A stretch of DNA of 22,705 bases from Octopus sinensis (taxonomy: Eukaryota): positions 1-22,705 of the forward strand of contig NW_021836744.1 of the NCBI RefSeq assembly GCF_006345805.1, in the 5' to 3' direction. A program made the translations under genes and the position numbers. Of this stretch, positions 21,155 to 22,705 are shown in pieces. Below the pieces are notes generated by a model. That model had not been told where the DNA came from and did no database searches. It saw nothing but the letters and a program-made list of their open reading frames with translations. Positions within the stretch are counted from its first letter, which is position 1, and every line of letters begins with the position of its first letter.

Positions 21155-21445
21155 AGTACCAATTCTAGGTTTAAGCATTCCTCGTGTGTGAAAGATTCAA
21201 AGGGACCATTTGGATGTGATAGCATCGAGATCAAAGATTTACTTACGGAGACAGCGATTTTATATCACCTGAGGAGATAGAAACTCGGTCCTATTATACA
21301 GGTAAACCGTTACTTAATTTAAATTTAAATCCTGTATGTTTGTGGATCTGTGTTGTATTGAAACAAGTGTAGTGCTCATTAAACAGCTCTCGAATCGTAC
21401 TCCCTCTTACTTTTAGCTCTATTTATTCTATCATTTTTAAATATA

Positions 21446-21796
21446 ATTGTACTTTATAATCTCTGAAGAGGCCTTGGGGTATATATGTAATTATCTCATT
21501 TATAACCACATATTACCTTAACACACCTGGCTAATATGAGCATAATGAGATACTCCTATCTACATGGCTGAAACAGCTGTAAGATCTAGTTTATATTTAT
21601 ATTTATATTTATCTATATTTATTTATACGTATTGTACTTATGGCATTATGTTACTCATTGATGTGTACTGTTTTGTTCTGTATTATTATGTTTGACCTTG
21701 ATGTTCCCATGTAGTTGGTTAATAAATTATGTGAGTGGGTATTATCTGGTAGTTGATGATTGATTAAAGTGAATTCCTCCATTTTCTTATTTTGTA
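21446..21796 (+). mobile_element. HHR repeat family 2
   Basis: Homologous to 11641-11985 in inverted orientation. The 3' end runs into TA/TAGA repeats. Confidence 0.75.
21459..21585 (+). ncRNA. Type I hammerhead ribozyme with extended stem II, family 2
   Basis: AUCU-CUGAAGA-GGCC-[92 nt]-GGCU-GAAA-CAGCUG-UA-AGAU. Predicted cut after A21581. Confidence 0.75.
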
Positions 21797-21822
21797 TATA
21801 TAGATAGATATATATTTCTATT

Positions 21823-22023
21823 ATGAATTTCGGTGAAGATCAGCCTGTTGAAGTTTAGTAAGCTCACGTCGTGAACTTTAGATCATGCCACGTTGTGAAC
21901 TTCAGTTAACGCCAGGCAGTAAATCTCGGCAAAGGTCATGAAGTGGAAGTTGGTTAAGATCATGCTGTGATTCTTCGTTAATGTCAGACAGTGAATCTTG
22001 GTGAATGTCACGTAATGAATCTT
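21823..22023 (-). repeat. Degenerate 24-bp tandem array (8 full units plus a partial ninth)
   Basis: Units start at 21823, 21847, 21871, 21895, 21919, 21943, 21967 and 21991. Each is exactly 24 bp and most begin GTGAA-like. Confidence 0.8.
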
Positions 22024-22035
22024 ATATCGTTCACT

Positions 22036-22357
22036 TTGTTCAGTCAATGAAATGCGGCCGTGCTGGAGCATTGAAAATTTTTTAGTCGAACAAATCGACG
22101 CCTGTACAAAGATCTCTTTTGTTGAATTTCGTAAACAAACCAACACCGATTGTCAAGTCGATGAGGGCATACAAATTACACAGACGCATATTTATATATA
22201 CGACGGGCTTCTTTCAGTTTCCTTCTACCAAATCCATTCACAAGGCTTTGGTCAGCTCGAGGCTCTAGCAGAAGACACTCAGCCATTGTGCCATGCAGTG
22301 GGTCTGTACCCAGAACTATGTGGCCGGAAAGCGAGCTTCTTACCACACAGCCACACC
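22036..22357 (-). mobile_element. Degenerate family A SINE
   Basis: Reverse-complement homology to the head and tail of 6757-7155. Confidence 0.8.
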
Positions 22358-22499
22358 AGCACCTGTTCTGATTGTTGGTTAATGCCACACAGGGGTCACT
22401 ACTCTCGAGTCTACTTTTGTTACGGGTGGTTGGATAATACATGTGAACGTCTTAGTTATGAATCATGTAGCTGAAGATAATCCTTGGTGTAGGCATGAC

Positions 22500-22705
22500 A
22501 GAGAGAGAGGGGGGAGAGAGAGGGAGAGAGAGAGAAGAGAGAGACAGAGAGAGAGACATAGAAAATAGAGAGAAGGGTCAGAGGGGAAAAGAGAGCGAGA
22601 GAGAAGGGCACAGGGCGAAGAGGTTAGAATTAAAGAAATAGGGGATCAGATGGAAAGGTATTACTCAAGACAAAGGAGAGGGGAGAGAGAGAAACGTAAG
22701 ACAAA
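22500..22705. repeat. GA-rich low-complexity tract
   Basis: Direct reading. Confidence 0.85.

Noticed and set aside
21269-21290. CUGAGGA-GAUA-GAAA-CUCG-GUC hammerhead-like string
   Set aside because: There is no stem II and the stem I bases do not pair. It may be a deleted remnant but cannot be supported.
21823-22023. 24-bp periodic repeat as a CRISPR array
   Set aside because: The units are contiguous with no spacers, the context is eukaryotic and there are no cas genes.

Overview
This is repeat-saturated eukaryotic DNA. The tRNA-derived SINE families suggest an octopus (coleoid cephalopod) genome, but that is inference from recalled repeat sequences. No host protein-coding gene, rRNA, tRNA or CRISPR array can be supported, and most long ORFs in the supplied track are microsatellite read-throughs. 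Recognisable relics are a CR1/L2-type RT fragment, two R4/Dong-like LINE pieces with a restriction-like endonuclease, a mariner transposase 3' end with TIR, a Helitron-like non-autonomous element and about a dozen SINE copies from three families. The main discovery is four type I hammerhead ribozyme (HHR) motifs with intact catalytic cores, read directly from the sequence, in two non-coding Penelope-like or retrozyme-like repeat families. Family 1 has minimal HHRs (9020-9061 minus, 11445-11487 plus) in the arms of a ~2.7 kb inverted structure. Family 2 has HHRs (11840-11973 minus, 21459-21585 plus) whose stem II is extended by a 92-nt insert that folds into a long rod. Also notable are a ~2 kb inverted duplication, a recurrent tandem junction in one SINE family, and an indel-free 24-bp array whose divergence looks like a coding 8-residue repeat.
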